This document shows positions 20,087-29,917 of a stretch of 64,000 bases of DNA, in pieces. How positions within the stretch are numbered: the first letter of the stretch is position 1; the number at the start of each line of letters is the position of its first letter. Origin of the DNA: Kiritimatiellia bacterium (lineage in GTDB: Bacteria; Verrucomicrobiota; Kiritimatiellia; RFP12; UBA3636); NCBI GenBank assembly GCA_017481725.1, contig JAFUOX010000061.1:19467-83466 (forward strand), in the 5' to 3' direction. The notes under the pieces were generated by a model, which searched no databases, had not been told where the DNA came from, and worked only from the letters and a program-made list of their open reading frames with translations. A program made the translations under genes and the position numbers.

Positions 20087-20967
20087 AGCTCCTTAAATGA
20101 AATTCCTGCACGTGCGGCAGCCTTTGGAAGTAAGCTTGTTTCTGTGCAGCCAGGAATAGTATTAATTTCAAGACAATAAGGCTTGCCCTCAGGAGATATT
20201 CTAAAGTCTACGCGTGAAAGAGTGCGTGCATTAATTGCGTTAAAAGCAAGTAGTGCTTGCTTGGATGCCTCTTCAAGAATTGGTAAATCCTCAGGTGCTT
20301 CAACAAATACATATTCTGTTGTGCCACCAGATTGATATTTCGCTTTCCAATCATACCATTCATCCTTTGGCTTAATCTCAACAGCAGGTAAGACCCTGCC
20401 ACAAACGATTGGAATGCTCCATTCTCTGTCAGGAATATATTCCTCAACAAGCACCTCTGGATTATATTGGCGAGCTAGCTCAACGGCTGGCTCAAATTCT
20501 TCTATTGTTTTTACGATTGATACGCCAACGCTTGATCCTTCTCGAGGTGGCTTTACAACAACTGGGAGTGGAATCTTTGGCTCAGAATAATTTGCTTCGG
20601 TTGCCTCAATTACATAACCATTTGGAATAGTTACGCCATTATTAGCAAAAGCCTTTCGGGAAAGTATTTTGTCAAACCCAATTTTAGATGCTGCCTCGTT
20701 GCAACCAGTGTATGGTATGCCCATCTCAGTTAGTTGTTTTTGTACAGCACCTCCTTCACCAAAAGCACCATGCAATGCAATATATACAGCATCTGTGCCT
20801 TGTGGCAGTGTAAAGGAATTGTCTTCCTTTGATAGCTCAACAGGGATTGCCTCGTAGCCAGCCTCGCTGAGCCCTTTAACAATAGCGGCACCTGTACGGA
20901 GTGAAATATCAGCTTCGCTTGATTTGCCGCCCATTAAGACAGCAATTTTTTTATAATTTTGTGGCAT
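20050..20967 (-). CDS. ddl: D-alanine--D-alanine ligase
   Basis: 305 aa; KIAVLMGGKSSE..., ATP-grasp motifs. Confidence 0.85.
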   Translation of the reverse strand: MPQNYKKIAVLMGGKSSEADISLRTGAAIVKGLSEAGYEAIPVELSKEDNSFTLPQGTDAVYIALHGAFGEGGAVQKQLTEMGIPYTGCNEAASKIGFDKILSRKAFANNGVTIPNGYVIEATEANYSEPKIPLPVVVKPPREGSSVGVSIVKTIEEFEPAVELARQYNPEVLVEEYIPDREWSIPIVCGRVLPAVEIKPKDEWYDWKAKYQSGGTTEYVFVEAPEDLPILEEASKQALLAFNAINARTLSRVDFRISPEGKPYCLEINTIPGCTETSLLPKAAARAGISFKELCSMVIEEAKCD

Positions 20968-20978
20968 TGTCTAAATCC

Positions 20979-22112
20979 TTATTTGTAGGCAGGAAGCAAG
21001 GCTCCATTTTCGGTCGAAAGCTTCTTGGAATAAGCTTCTGCTGCCTCTGCAGCACATTTGCCTATGAAGGTTGGTGATTTAAATAGAGAAAAGAAACTGT
21101 CTTCGGTTGCATATTGGTAAATGCAAACACTTGGGTTGTTGTCAGCGTAGTTCTTGCTAAACCAATTAACAACATCATCAAAGTAACCAATCTGATCAAC
21201 GAGTCCATGCTGCAATGCCTCATCTGCTAGCATAACTCTGCCATCAGCAATTGCACGAACCTTTGTTTCTTCCAAATTTCGTCCATCAACAATTAGTTGA
21301 ACAAATCGGTCATTGAGCTTATTAACCATTGCCTGTAGCATAGCTTCTTCCTCAGGTGCAAGAGGGCGGAGTGGGTTTAGAAAATCCTTTGTCTTGCCAG
21401 ATTTAATTGTTACAGGTGCAATGCCAAGCTTTTGTGCTAGCTCAGTGGCGTTGATGCTTGAAATAATTACACCGATAGAGCCTGTCATTGTGGTAGGGTG
21501 TGCAAAGATGTAATCTGCTGCAGTTGAAATATAGTATCCACCAGAAGCAACTGTATCACCCATTAGAATAACAACCTTTCTATTAGGCTTTGCTGCTCTG
21601 AAATCCTTTAGAGCCTTCCAGATTATGTCGCTATCAGTGACGCCACCACCAGGAGTTGATAAATCAAGAATAATTCCGTTGCAAATAGGATCATCGGTTG
21701 CCTTTTTAATTTGCTTTAAAGCATAATTGGCAGAAGAAAAATCTGTACTAAAGAAGGATTCTTCTCCACTGTTTAGCATGATTGGTCCACGAAGCTTGAT
21801 TTTTGCTATAAATATGTCAGAGTCGCAATTTCCAGTTAAGGCAATTCTATTATAATTTTCAGGAATGGCTGTTACCCTAGGATTGGAATAAGTAATGTTG
21901 CTTGTAACAGAATTACCAATGAATGTTGTGATTACAATAGCTACTATGAATGGGAATAGTAGTGCCAATAAGCAACCTGAACCACAGCCTATGGCCCAAT
22001 ATTTGATGCGGCTAGGTTTTTTTTCGCAAACTGTAGCCTTTGGCATAGCGTTAGCCTCTGGGCCAACAGGAGGTGGAGGAGTAATAGGAGATTCGTTTAA
22101 AGGATTGTTCAT
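20979..22112 (-). CDS. sppA: signal peptide peptidase SppA (S49 family)
   Basis: 377 aa; VVILMGDTVASGGYYISTAADYIFAHPTTMTGSIGV. Confidence 0.75.
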   Translation of the reverse strand: MNNPLNESPITPPPPVGPEANAMPKATVCEKKPSRIKYWAIGCGSGCLLALLFPFIVAIVITTFIGNSVTSNITYSNPRVTAIPENYNRIALTGNCDSDIFIAKIKLRGPIMLNSGEESFFSTDFSSANYALKQIKKATDDPICNGIILDLSTPGGGVTDSDIIWKALKDFRAAKPNRKVVILMGDTVASGGYYISTAADYIFAHPTTMTGSIGVIISSINATELAQKLGIAPVTIKSGKTKDFLNPLRPLAPEEEAMLQAMVNKLNDRFVQLIVDGRNLEETKVRAIADGRVMLADEALQHGLVDQIGYFDDVVNWFSKNYADNNPSVCIYQYATEDSFFSLFKSPTFIGKCAAEAAEAYSKKLSTENGALLPAYK

Positions 22113-22115
22113 AGA

Positions 22116-22880
22116 TTATTTTTTTGTTTGTGTTGGTGGTTTACGATTTAAAATAGCGAGAGCTAATTTTAGGTCTGCCCATGCAGCCTTTTTAGTAGCG
22201 ATAAAACGAAGCAAATTTTTGGGGTGATATGTTGGAATACAAGGTTTTTCAAAGAGTTGATATCTTAAACCATGGATATTAGCAACAGGAGATTTTGTTT
22301 TTAACAAAAGCTTTGCCACTTCATCGCCCATAAGTATAATGACTTTAGGTGAAACTTGAGTTAAAAATTCTTTTAGTCGATTAACTTGATTCTCAATAGC
22401 AGGACCAGTAAAATTTCTTGAAGGCTCTTCAAAGATATTGAGTATGATGTACTCTTGCTCATTAAGTCCCATAGCCGCAATCATTTTATCTAGTAAGACA
22501 CCTTGTTCTCCAGAAAAAGCTTTTTCTTCAATGCCAGCATCATAAGATGGTTCATAACCAATGAAAGCATACAATGGGTTAATTGCTGTGCCGCGATATT
22601 TTTTATAAAGAGTTTGCAAGGAAGCTATTGGGGTAGCATGTGGAATAGCTGTTTTTGTAGAGGAGCCTTGCTGAGAAGGTACTACTGCCTGCTGTGCAAC
22701 GTTTTGTATTGTGTTTTGTATGCTAGGAGTAGTAGAATTTTGTGGCACAGTGAGGGTAGCAGCAAGAAAATCGTTAGCTATGTCTTTATCTATTGCAACA
22801 TATCTACGACCTGCCTGCAGCTCATTTTTTACATGATTAATAACATCATCAATTGCAGAAATTATTGTATCCAAAATCAC
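22116..22880 (-). CDS. uracil-DNA glycosylase superfamily protein (family-4-like, divergent)
   Basis: 254 aa; C-terminal HPKNLLR (HPSxLLR-like) and GEQGVLLDKMIAAMGL; canonical GEAPG replaced by GYEPS; about 100-aa N-terminal extension. Confidence 0.55.
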   Translation of the reverse strand: MILDTIISAIDDVINHVKNELQAGRRYVAIDKDIANDFLAATLTVPQNSTTPSIQNTIQNVAQQAVVPSQQGSSTKTAIPHATPIASLQTLYKKYRGTAINPLYAFIGYEPSYDAGIEEKAFSGEQGVLLDKMIAAMGLNEQEYIILNIFEEPSRNFTGPAIENQVNRLKEFLTQVSPKVIILMGDEVAKLLLKTKSPVANIHGLRYQLFEKPCIPTYHPKNLLRFIATKKAAWADLKLALAILNRKPPTQTKK

Positions 22881-23099
22881 TCCTTATAATATATATGGTT
22901 ATGGTATCATAAAAAATAAAACTGGGCAAACAAAAATTCGTTTAGTATAAAGCCAAATTTGGGATGTTAGTTTGTAGAAAAGAAATTCAAAAAAACGCAA
23001 TTTTTTTTTGAATTTGTGCTTTAATTTGGTTTAAAAATATAGTATTATTAATGGATAATTTTTTAGCGATTTTAGCGTTTATCGAAAGAGTAAATAAAA

Positions 23100-24020
23100 A
23101 TGGATAAGAAAATAGCAGTATTTGCAGGTCAGGGTGCACAGGCACCTGGTATGGGTAAGGATTTAGCAGCAGAGCATCCAGAGTGTGCAGCATTGTTTGC
23201 TGAGGCAGATGATATTCTAGGCTTTAAGCTATCAGACATTTGCTTTGAAGGTCCTGCTGAGGAGCTAACAAAGACAAATATTTGTCAACCAGCAATTTTT
23301 GTTATGAGTGCTGCATGCTACACAGCATTGAAGAAAATCAAGCCAGAGGTTAGCTTTGATGCAATGGCTGGCTTGAGCCTTGGTGAGTGGACAGCTCTTT
23401 GGGCTGCAGGTGCAGTATCCTTTGCTGACACAGTAAAGCTTCTTGAGGCACGTGGTCGTTTTATGCAAGAGGCATGTGAAATGCAGCCATCTGGTATGGT
23501 TTCAATCCTACGCGTTCCTGCAGCAGTTGCAGAGGAGATTGCTGCAGAGACAGGTTGCCATGTTTCAAACTATAATACAGCAGAGCAGACTGTTATTTCT
23601 GGAACCAAGGAGCAGGTTGCTGCAGCTGAGGCATTAGCTGCAACAAAGGGTGCTCGTGCAATGGTTCTTCAGGTAGCAGGTGCTTATCACTCACAATTTA
23701 TGGCTCCAGCTGCAGAAAAGCTAGCAGAGGTGCTAGCAGCAGCAAATATTAATGCTCCAGCAGTGCCAGTTATGTCAAACTTCACAGGTAAGTATCATGG
23801 CACAACTGAAGAAATCAAGCAGGCAATGCTACAACAGATTTGTGGCAGTGTCCGTTGGCAGCAAAATGTTGAAGCATTGGCAGCTGATGGTGCAACAAAG
23901 TTTGTTGAGTTTGGCCCAGGCCGTGTTCTAACAGGCATGATTAAGCGCATTGCTCCAACAGCAGCTCTATACAATGTTGGTAATGTTGCTCAAGCAGCTG
24001 CAACAGCTGAAGCACTATAA
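23100..24020 (+). CDS. fabD: malonyl CoA-ACP transacylase
   Basis: 306 aa; GLSLGEW active-site motif. Confidence 0.9.
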   Translation: MDKKIAVFAGQGAQAPGMGKDLAAEHPECAALFAEADDILGFKLSDICFEGPAEELTKTNICQPAIFVMSAACYTALKKIKPEVSFDAMAGLSLGEWTALWAAGAVSFADTVKLLEARGRFMQEACEMQPSGMVSILRVPAAVAEEIAAETGCHVSNYNTAEQTVISGTKEQVAAAEALAATKGARAMVLQVAGAYHSQFMAPAAEKLAEVLAAANINAPAVPVMSNFTGKYHGTTEEIKQAMLQQICGSVRWQQNVEALAADGATKFVEFGPGRVLTGMIKRIAPTAALYNVGNVAQAAATAEAL

Positions 24021-24073
24021 TCAAAATGATAATTTAAATACATTATATTCACAATTCGAAAGGTAATTACACA

Positions 24074-24808
24074 ATGAGTACAGCAATTGTAACAGGCTCT
24101 GCACGTGGTATTGGTAGAGCAATTTGCGAAAAGCTAGCAAAGGATGGCGTTGAGAATATCGTTGTTTGCGATGTTAAGGCAGAGTGGTGCGAGGAAACTG
24201 TAGAAGCTGTTAAGGCTCTAGGTGCAAATGCAATCGCAATGGAAATCAATGTAGCTGATGGTGCAAGCATTGAGGCTGGCGTTGATGCTATCATTAAGCA
24301 ATTTGGTGCTATCGATATTTGCGTAAATAATGCAGGTATCACACGCGATGGTCTTCTAATGCGTATGACAGAAGAGGATTGGGATTCTGTGCTAGATATC
24401 AATCTAAAGGGTGCATTTCTAATGACAAAGGCTGTTTCTCGCAATATGCTTCGTGCACGCAAGGGTTCAATTATCAATATTGCATCTGTAGTTGGCCTAA
24501 TGGGTAATGCAGGTCAGTGCAACTACTCAGCATCTAAGGGTGGTCTTGTTGCTTTAACAAAGTCAGCTGCTCGTGAACTAGGTGCTCGCGGTGTTCGCGT
24601 AAATGCTGTTGCTCCTGGCTTTATTAAGTCCAAGATGACAGATGTTCTAACAGATGATGTAAAGAACCGTATGCTTTCTGTAATCCCTATGGGCAAATTT
24701 GGTGAGGTTGAGGATGTTGCTAATGCTGTAGCATTCCTAGCTAGCGATGCTGCTGCCTATATCACTGGTCAGGTAATCAGTGTAAATGGCGGTATGCTAA
24801 TGCCATAA
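24074..24808 (+). CDS. fabG: 3-oxoacyl-ACP reductase
   Basis: 244 aa; TGSARGIG Rossmann and YSASK catalytic motif. Confidence 0.9.
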   Translation: MSTAIVTGSARGIGRAICEKLAKDGVENIVVCDVKAEWCEETVEAVKALGANAIAMEINVADGASIEAGVDAIIKQFGAIDICVNNAGITRDGLLMRMTEEDWDSVLDINLKGAFLMTKAVSRNMLRARKGSIINIASVVGLMGNAGQCNYSASKGGLVALTKSAARELGARGVRVNAVAPGFIKSKMTDVLTDDVKNRMLSVIPMGKFGEVEDVANAVAFLASDAAAYITGQVISVNGGMLMP

Positions 24809-24901
24809 CCAAAATATTTAATCTTTTTTACGCTGAATTTGTGCGCTTATGCGTAAATTCGCAATTAAACAATAACAACTAACAAGTCAAGGACAAATAC
24901 C

Positions 24902-25162
24902 ATGACACTAGAAGAAAAAGTAAAGACAATCATCTGCGAAACTCTATCTCGTGGCGCAGAGGAAGTAACTCCAGCAGCAGACTTCATCAATGACCTAGGT
25001 GCAGACTCTCTAGACCTAGCTGAGCTAGTTATGAAGATTGAGGACGAGTTCAAAGATAATATGGCTGGCGAATCTATCCCAGAGGAAGATGTTGCAAGCC
25101 TAAAGAGCCTCGGTGCAATCGTTGAGTACCTAAAGTCAAAGGGCGTTCCAGCTGAGCTATAA
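24902..25162 (+). CDS. acpP: acyl carrier protein
   Basis: 86 aa; LGADSLDLAELVM phosphopantetheine site. Confidence 0.9.
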   Translation: MTLEEKVKTIICETLSRGAEEVTPAADFINDLGADSLDLAELVMKIEDEFKDNMAGESIPEEDVASLKSLGAIVEYLKSKGVPAEL

Positions 25163-25332
25163 TTTAGCTTTTAAGCTATCACCTTTTGTATAATGAGGTA
25201 ATACTTATTTGGAGCAGAGTGTTCTTACACTCTGCCTCCATTCGGATTTCCCGGTAAGACAGTGATGCTGGGCAAAAAAAGATCACTGAAAACAATAACA
25301 AAAATTAACTTAAAAGATTTAAGGAAAAAAAT

Positions 25333-26568
25333 ATGAAGCGTGTAGTAATCACCGGTATGGGCGTAGTTTCTCCTCTTGGCTGTGAGCTAAATACATTTTG
25401 GAATCGTCTTGTAGAGGGTACAAATGGAATTGGCACAATCACAAAGTTTGATGCAACAGAATTCCCAGTAAAGATTGCAGCTGAGGTTAAGGATTTTGAT
25501 GCTAATGCATTTATTGATCCAAAGCAGCAGCGTCGTATGGATCCTTATACTCACTACGCAATTGCTGCTTCTCGTATGGCTGTACAGGATAGCGGAATCA
25601 ATTTCTCAGAAGAGAATCCATGGCGTTGTGGTTGCATTGTTTCTTCTGGTGTTGGTGGTATTTCAACAACAGAAAAGGAAGTGCGAACCCTTTTAGAGCG
25701 TGGTCCTCGCCGTGTTTCTCCTTTCTGCATCCCTCAGATCATCGTTAATATCGCTTCTGGTATGGTTGCTATTGAGCATGGGCTAAAGGGCCCTAACTAT
25801 GCAGTTGTTTCTGCTTGTGCTACTGGCCTACATAGCATTGGTGATGCAATGAAGGCTATTAAGTATGGTGAGGCAGATGTAATGCTAGCTGGTGGTGCTG
25901 AGGCTGCTGTTTGCCCAATTTCTATTGCTGGATTTGCTGCAATGCATGCTCTTTCAACAACAAATGATGACCCAACACACGCTTGCCGCCCATTTGATAA
26001 GGAGCGTAACGGCTTTATTATGGGTGAGGGTGCTGCTGTGCTTGTTCTTGAGGAGTATGAGCATGCAGTTAAGCGTGGTGCAAAGATTTATGCAGAGGTT
26101 GGTGGCTTTGGTGCTACTTGCGATGCTTACCATATGACTGCTCCAGCTGAGGGAGGCGAAGGTGGCGCTCAGGCAATGATTATCTCTATGGAGTCTGCAG
26201 GAGTAAATCCTGACCAGATTGGCTATATAAATGCACATGGTACTTCTACTCCAATGAATGATCGCATTGAAACAGCTGCTATTAAGAAGGCTCTAGGTGA
26301 GGATAATGCTCGCAAGGTTTCTATTTCTTCTTCTAAGTCTATGACAGGTCATATGCTTGGTGCTGCTGGTGCTCTTGAGTCTGTAGTTTGTGCTCTTGCA
26401 TTGAAGAATGGTGTTATCCCTCCAACAATTAACTACCAGAATCCAGACCCAGATTGCGATTTGGATTATACTCCAAATGCAGCTCGCGAGAGAAAGATTG
26501 ATTTCTGCTTGAACAACTCTCTTGGCTTTGGTGGTCATAACGCTTGTGCTCTATTCAAGCGCGTATAA
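25333..26568 (+). CDS. fabF: 3-oxoacyl-ACP synthase II
   Basis: 411 aa; ACATG active-site Cys region, HGTSTP, NSLGFGGHN. Confidence 0.9.
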   Translation: MKRVVITGMGVVSPLGCELNTFWNRLVEGTNGIGTITKFDATEFPVKIAAEVKDFDANAFIDPKQQRRMDPYTHYAIAASRMAVQDSGINFSEENPWRCGCIVSSGVGGISTTEKEVRTLLERGPRRVSPFCIPQIIVNIASGMVAIEHGLKGPNYAVVSACATGLHSIGDAMKAIKYGEADVMLAGGAEAAVCPISIAGFAAMHALSTTNDDPTHACRPFDKERNGFIMGEGAAVLVLEEYEHAVKRGAKIYAEVGGFGATCDAYHMTAPAEGGEGGAQAMIISMESAGVNPDQIGYINAHGTSTPMNDRIETAAIKKALGEDNARKVSISSSKSMTGHMLGAAGALESVVCALALKNGVIPPTINYQNPDPDCDLDYTPNAARERKIDFCLNNSLGFGGHNACALFKRV

Positions 26569-26606
26569 TTAAGTTAATTCTTAATCAAAACCTAGGTCTT
26601 CCTACA

Positions 26607-27290
26607 ATGGGTAGAAAATCAAAACGCACCAAGTCCCAGGTAATTGGGAATGGAGCAACACAGCAAACGCCAGATTTTAGCAATCGCACAATTAAGCGAT
26701 TGCCTCAGTATCTGCGTTTATTGCGTCAGATGCAGGACAAAGGTGAGTCCTTTGCATCTGCCGCAGTAATAGCTCATGAGCTAATGATTGACCCTATTGT
26801 TGTCCGTAAGGATTTGGCAGGCACAGGTGTAAGTGGTAAGCCACGTATAGGCTTTCCTGTAAATGCATTAATTCTTGCTATTCAGCGTTTATTAGGCTGG
26901 AATCTTGAGATGAATGCAATTCTAGTTGGTGCAGGCCGTCTAGGTTCTGCACTACTAGGTTATCCTGGTTTTTTGAAGCATGGCTTCAAGATTGTTGCTG
27001 CTTTTGATAATCGCGAAGATTTACCAGAAAGCATTTCTGGTGTGCCAATTTATCCATTGGAACAAATGTCAGAGGTAGTAACCAAATTAAATGTAAGCAT
27101 TGGTATTATTACTGTGCCAGCTGGTGCCGCTCAAAGTGCAGCAGATGGTTTAATAGCTGCTGGTGTGAAGGGTATTTGGAATTTTACCCCTATTTGCTTA
27201 CACACACCTGAAAGAGTTAAGGTTCGTCATGAGGATTTGGCATCCTCTTTAGCTGTGCTTTCGCATAGCATTGTTACTGGAAACCTATAA
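26607..27290 (+). CDS. rex: redox-sensing transcriptional repressor Rex
   Basis: RLPQYLRLL winged-helix, Rossmann GAGRLG; start moved to MGRKSKR (26607), downstream of the ORF-track start. Confidence 0.8.
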   Translation: MGRKSKRTKSQVIGNGATQQTPDFSNRTIKRLPQYLRLLRQMQDKGESFASAAVIAHELMIDPIVVRKDLAGTGVSGKPRIGFPVNALILAIQRLLGWNLEMNAILVGAGRLGSALLGYPGFLKHGFKIVAAFDNREDLPESISGVPIYPLEQMSEVVTKLNVSIGIITVPAGAAQSAADGLIAAGVKGIWNFTPICLHTPERVKVRHEDLASSLAVLSHSIVTGNL

Positions 27291-27861
27291 CTAAAATCGG
27301 CTTTCTCTTTGCATTCCACTGGCGTCTCGTGTTTCGCGTGCAGGAAGGGTATGGAGAAGCGACTTCCAGTCGCTTTGCGTGCGGTAGCACGCTTCAAAAG
27401 TGCGAAAAAGGGACGCTGCGACGCGGAGGACGCAGCGTACGAGATTAGACGCGAGAATGTAGAAAAACCACTCAACTCTACCTAAATTCTTCATTCTTCA
27501 TTCTTCATTTATTATAATGGTGATGAAAAGCGAGAGGAAGCAAAGGGTTATCACCTTGCCACCTCTCGCCCCAGCAACACCGGGCGGCAGAGCCACCCTC
27601 TTCCCCACTGTCAAACTGTCAAACTCGCCCACTGTCAAACTGTCAAACTTTTCAATCCTTTTTTTAAAAATTCCTTGTGCATCACGCTCCGTATCTTAAT
27701 AAACTTCTGTGCGAGCACACTAGTGGATGAGTTTTGCCAAATTGCTTCGAAAGAATAGCAATAGCCAAGGCAAAGCTCATTCCGCTAGTGTTTTTTTTCT
27801 GCGTCCCTTCTTCGCACTTTTAGGCACCACGTGCACCACGCAGGCAGGAGCGCTAGCTTGA
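27291..27861. repeat. GC-rich non-coding island (MITE-like element, copy 2) with inverted core motifs and tandem heptamer/octamer repeats
   Basis: core gtgcgaaaaagggacgc at 27390-27406 and its inverse gcgtcccttcttcgcac at 27801-27817; ATTCTTC x3 at 27486-27508; CTGTCAAA x4 in two blocks at 27607-27648; palindrome gctgcgacgcggaggacgcagc at ~27404. Confidence 0.55.
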
Positions 27862-29916
27862 TTATGTGTTGGTGTTGCTGCCGCTCATTTGGGTGGCGTA
27901 TAGCTCTGCGTAGAATTTGCTTCTGTGGAGCAGCTGTTGGTGCGTGCCCTGTGCTGTTATAAAGCCGTCCTCTAGCACAATAATCTTGTGGCAACGCATA
28001 GCCATTGAGATGCGCTGTGAAACAATGACGGCAGTTTTGTTTTCCATCACGCGAGTGAGTGTTTCTTGAAGCTTGCGCTCTGTTTTTGCATCAAGAGCAG
28101 ATGTGCAATCGTCCAAAAGCAGGATGTCTGGGTTTGTAATGATTGCTCGTGCAATAGAGATGCGCTGGCGCTGTCCACCCGAAAGGGTTTGACCCTTCTC
28201 TCCAATAATTGTCTCATACTTTACTGGTAGGTTCATAATAAAGTCGTGGCAGTCTGCTGCCTTTGCTGCATCCATTATTTTTGATGGAAGTGAGTCTTGT
28301 GTGCCATAGATAATGTTGCTACGTACTGTGCCACTGATGATTTGAGCCTCCTGTGGTACGAGTGATATGTGTTTATGGAGGTCTTGCTGAGCAAATTCTG
28401 TTAGTGGTGTAGAATCAATTGTAATTGTTCCACTAGTTGGATCATATAAGCGGGCAAGAAGGTTGATTAGGGTGGATTTCCCCGAACCACTTGGGCCTAT
28501 GATACATACCCACTGTCCCATTGGGATACTTAGATTGATGTTGGAAAGAACCTGCTTTGAGCTTGAATCATAGCTGAAGGAAAGATTGTTTGCGTAAATG
28601 CCTGAATTTATCTTTTCTGGGAATGGCTTTGCATCCTCTGCCTCTGTTAGGTAATTAGGATTTTCAAGTGTTGCAGAAATACGCTGAATTAGCACAAAAG
28701 TGCTGGCTATGTTACCGGCTGTAATGGCAAGTGTATATAATGGTGGGAAAAGGTTATTGCAAGCATCGCAAATAAACATCATGTCTCCGAGAGATATTTC
28801 GCTATTTAATACACGGATTGTTGCAAAAATAAATATTGCCTGCTGTGTAATCTGAGAGATTAGTAGTGCACTTCTATTGATGCTTGAATTTAGGCGGACA
28901 TTTTGAATGCTATCGCGTGTGAGAATGGAGGAGAGCCTGAACATATTTATCATTTCAAGCTTTTCGCAGCCATAGGCGAAAATAGCCTTAATTGCATCTA
29001 GCTTTTGTGAAACAAGTCCCCATAAGCAAGCATTTGTGTGGCGAAGCTCACGGCTGATTTTTCTTAGGTATTTTCGTGATTTACTTCTTAATAGGAAGTA
29101 CGGAACTGAAACAGCAAGAACAATCAAAGCACAGCGCCAATCAAGTACAAGCACAATTACAAAGCCAACAATTATCATTATTACTTGGCTAAATACAATG
29201 TTGATAATGTTGAGTAGGTCGGCTTGGATATTGTCAACATCTGAAATAATTCTTGCAAGCAATCTTCCTGGTGTAGTTGATTGATGATATTGGCTAGAAA
29301 GAGAAAGTATTCTTTCATGCAGGTCTTTGCGAATGTCAACAGTCATTTTTCTAGCAATGCCGTGTCGGACATTTGTTGCCACGCGCGATATTTCATTAAG
29401 AGCAACGAAGGTTGCAACATATACAATAAAGATAATAAATAGCTTTGTCCCTGCGTTTGGTGGGCGGCGTGAGGCCTTGTCCGCACGGAATTTTTCTGCC
29501 TGCTTTGCTTCTGTATGACGAGCTCGCTCCGTCATTGATGGTGAATCAGCACGAGAAATGGTTGTGTCGGTCCTGCGTTCCTGTGGGATAGGCTCAGTCT
29601 CTATGCGAAATTCCTCGTAATGTCTTTCCTGAACAACTGTTGGCTCTGGAACATTGATTACAAGTATGTCATCAATCACGAGCTTTGTGAAAAAGCCCAT
29701 TATAAATACAGAGCATGAGGCTAGTGTGGAGAAAATCAGATAAAATGCTAGAGGTTTTTTGTAGGGATGAAGATACCGCATGTAGAATTTAAACATTAGC
29801 CGAAGAGGATTACTGTAGGAAAAATCCTCGCGTGCGGGACGGAATGGGGATATGCGAGACTCATAGCGTGGAGGACGCTTTTTTCTGCTGATTGCGGAGG
29901 TGTTTTCTTTTTTCAT
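27862..29916 (-). CDS. ABC transporter permease/ATP-binding protein (exporter half-transporter) with N-terminal extension and charged insertion
   Basis: 684 aa; Walker A GPSGSGKST, signature LSGGQRQR; about 70-aa basic/acidic insertion between the first TM helices. Confidence 0.8.
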   Translation of the reverse strand: MKKENTSAISRKKRPPRYESRISPFRPAREDFSYSNPLRLMFKFYMRYLHPYKKPLAFYLIFSTLASCSVFIMGFFTKLVIDDILVINVPEPTVVQERHYEEFRIETEPIPQERRTDTTISRADSPSMTERARHTEAKQAEKFRADKASRRPPNAGTKLFIIFIVYVATFVALNEISRVATNVRHGIARKMTVDIRKDLHERILSLSSQYHQSTTPGRLLARIISDVDNIQADLLNIINIVFSQVIMIIVGFVIVLVLDWRCALIVLAVSVPYFLLRSKSRKYLRKISRELRHTNACLWGLVSQKLDAIKAIFAYGCEKLEMINMFRLSSILTRDSIQNVRLNSSINRSALLISQITQQAIFIFATIRVLNSEISLGDMMFICDACNNLFPPLYTLAITAGNIASTFVLIQRISATLENPNYLTEAEDAKPFPEKINSGIYANNLSFSYDSSSKQVLSNINLSIPMGQWVCIIGPSGSGKSTLINLLARLYDPTSGTITIDSTPLTEFAQQDLHKHISLVPQEAQIISGTVRSNIIYGTQDSLPSKIMDAAKAADCHDFIMNLPVKYETIIGEKGQTLSGGQRQRISIARAIITNPDILLLDDCTSALDAKTERKLQETLTRVMENKTAVIVSQRISMAMRCHKIIVLEDGFITAQGTHQQLLHRSKFYAELYATQMSGSNTNT

Positions 29917-29917
29917 T

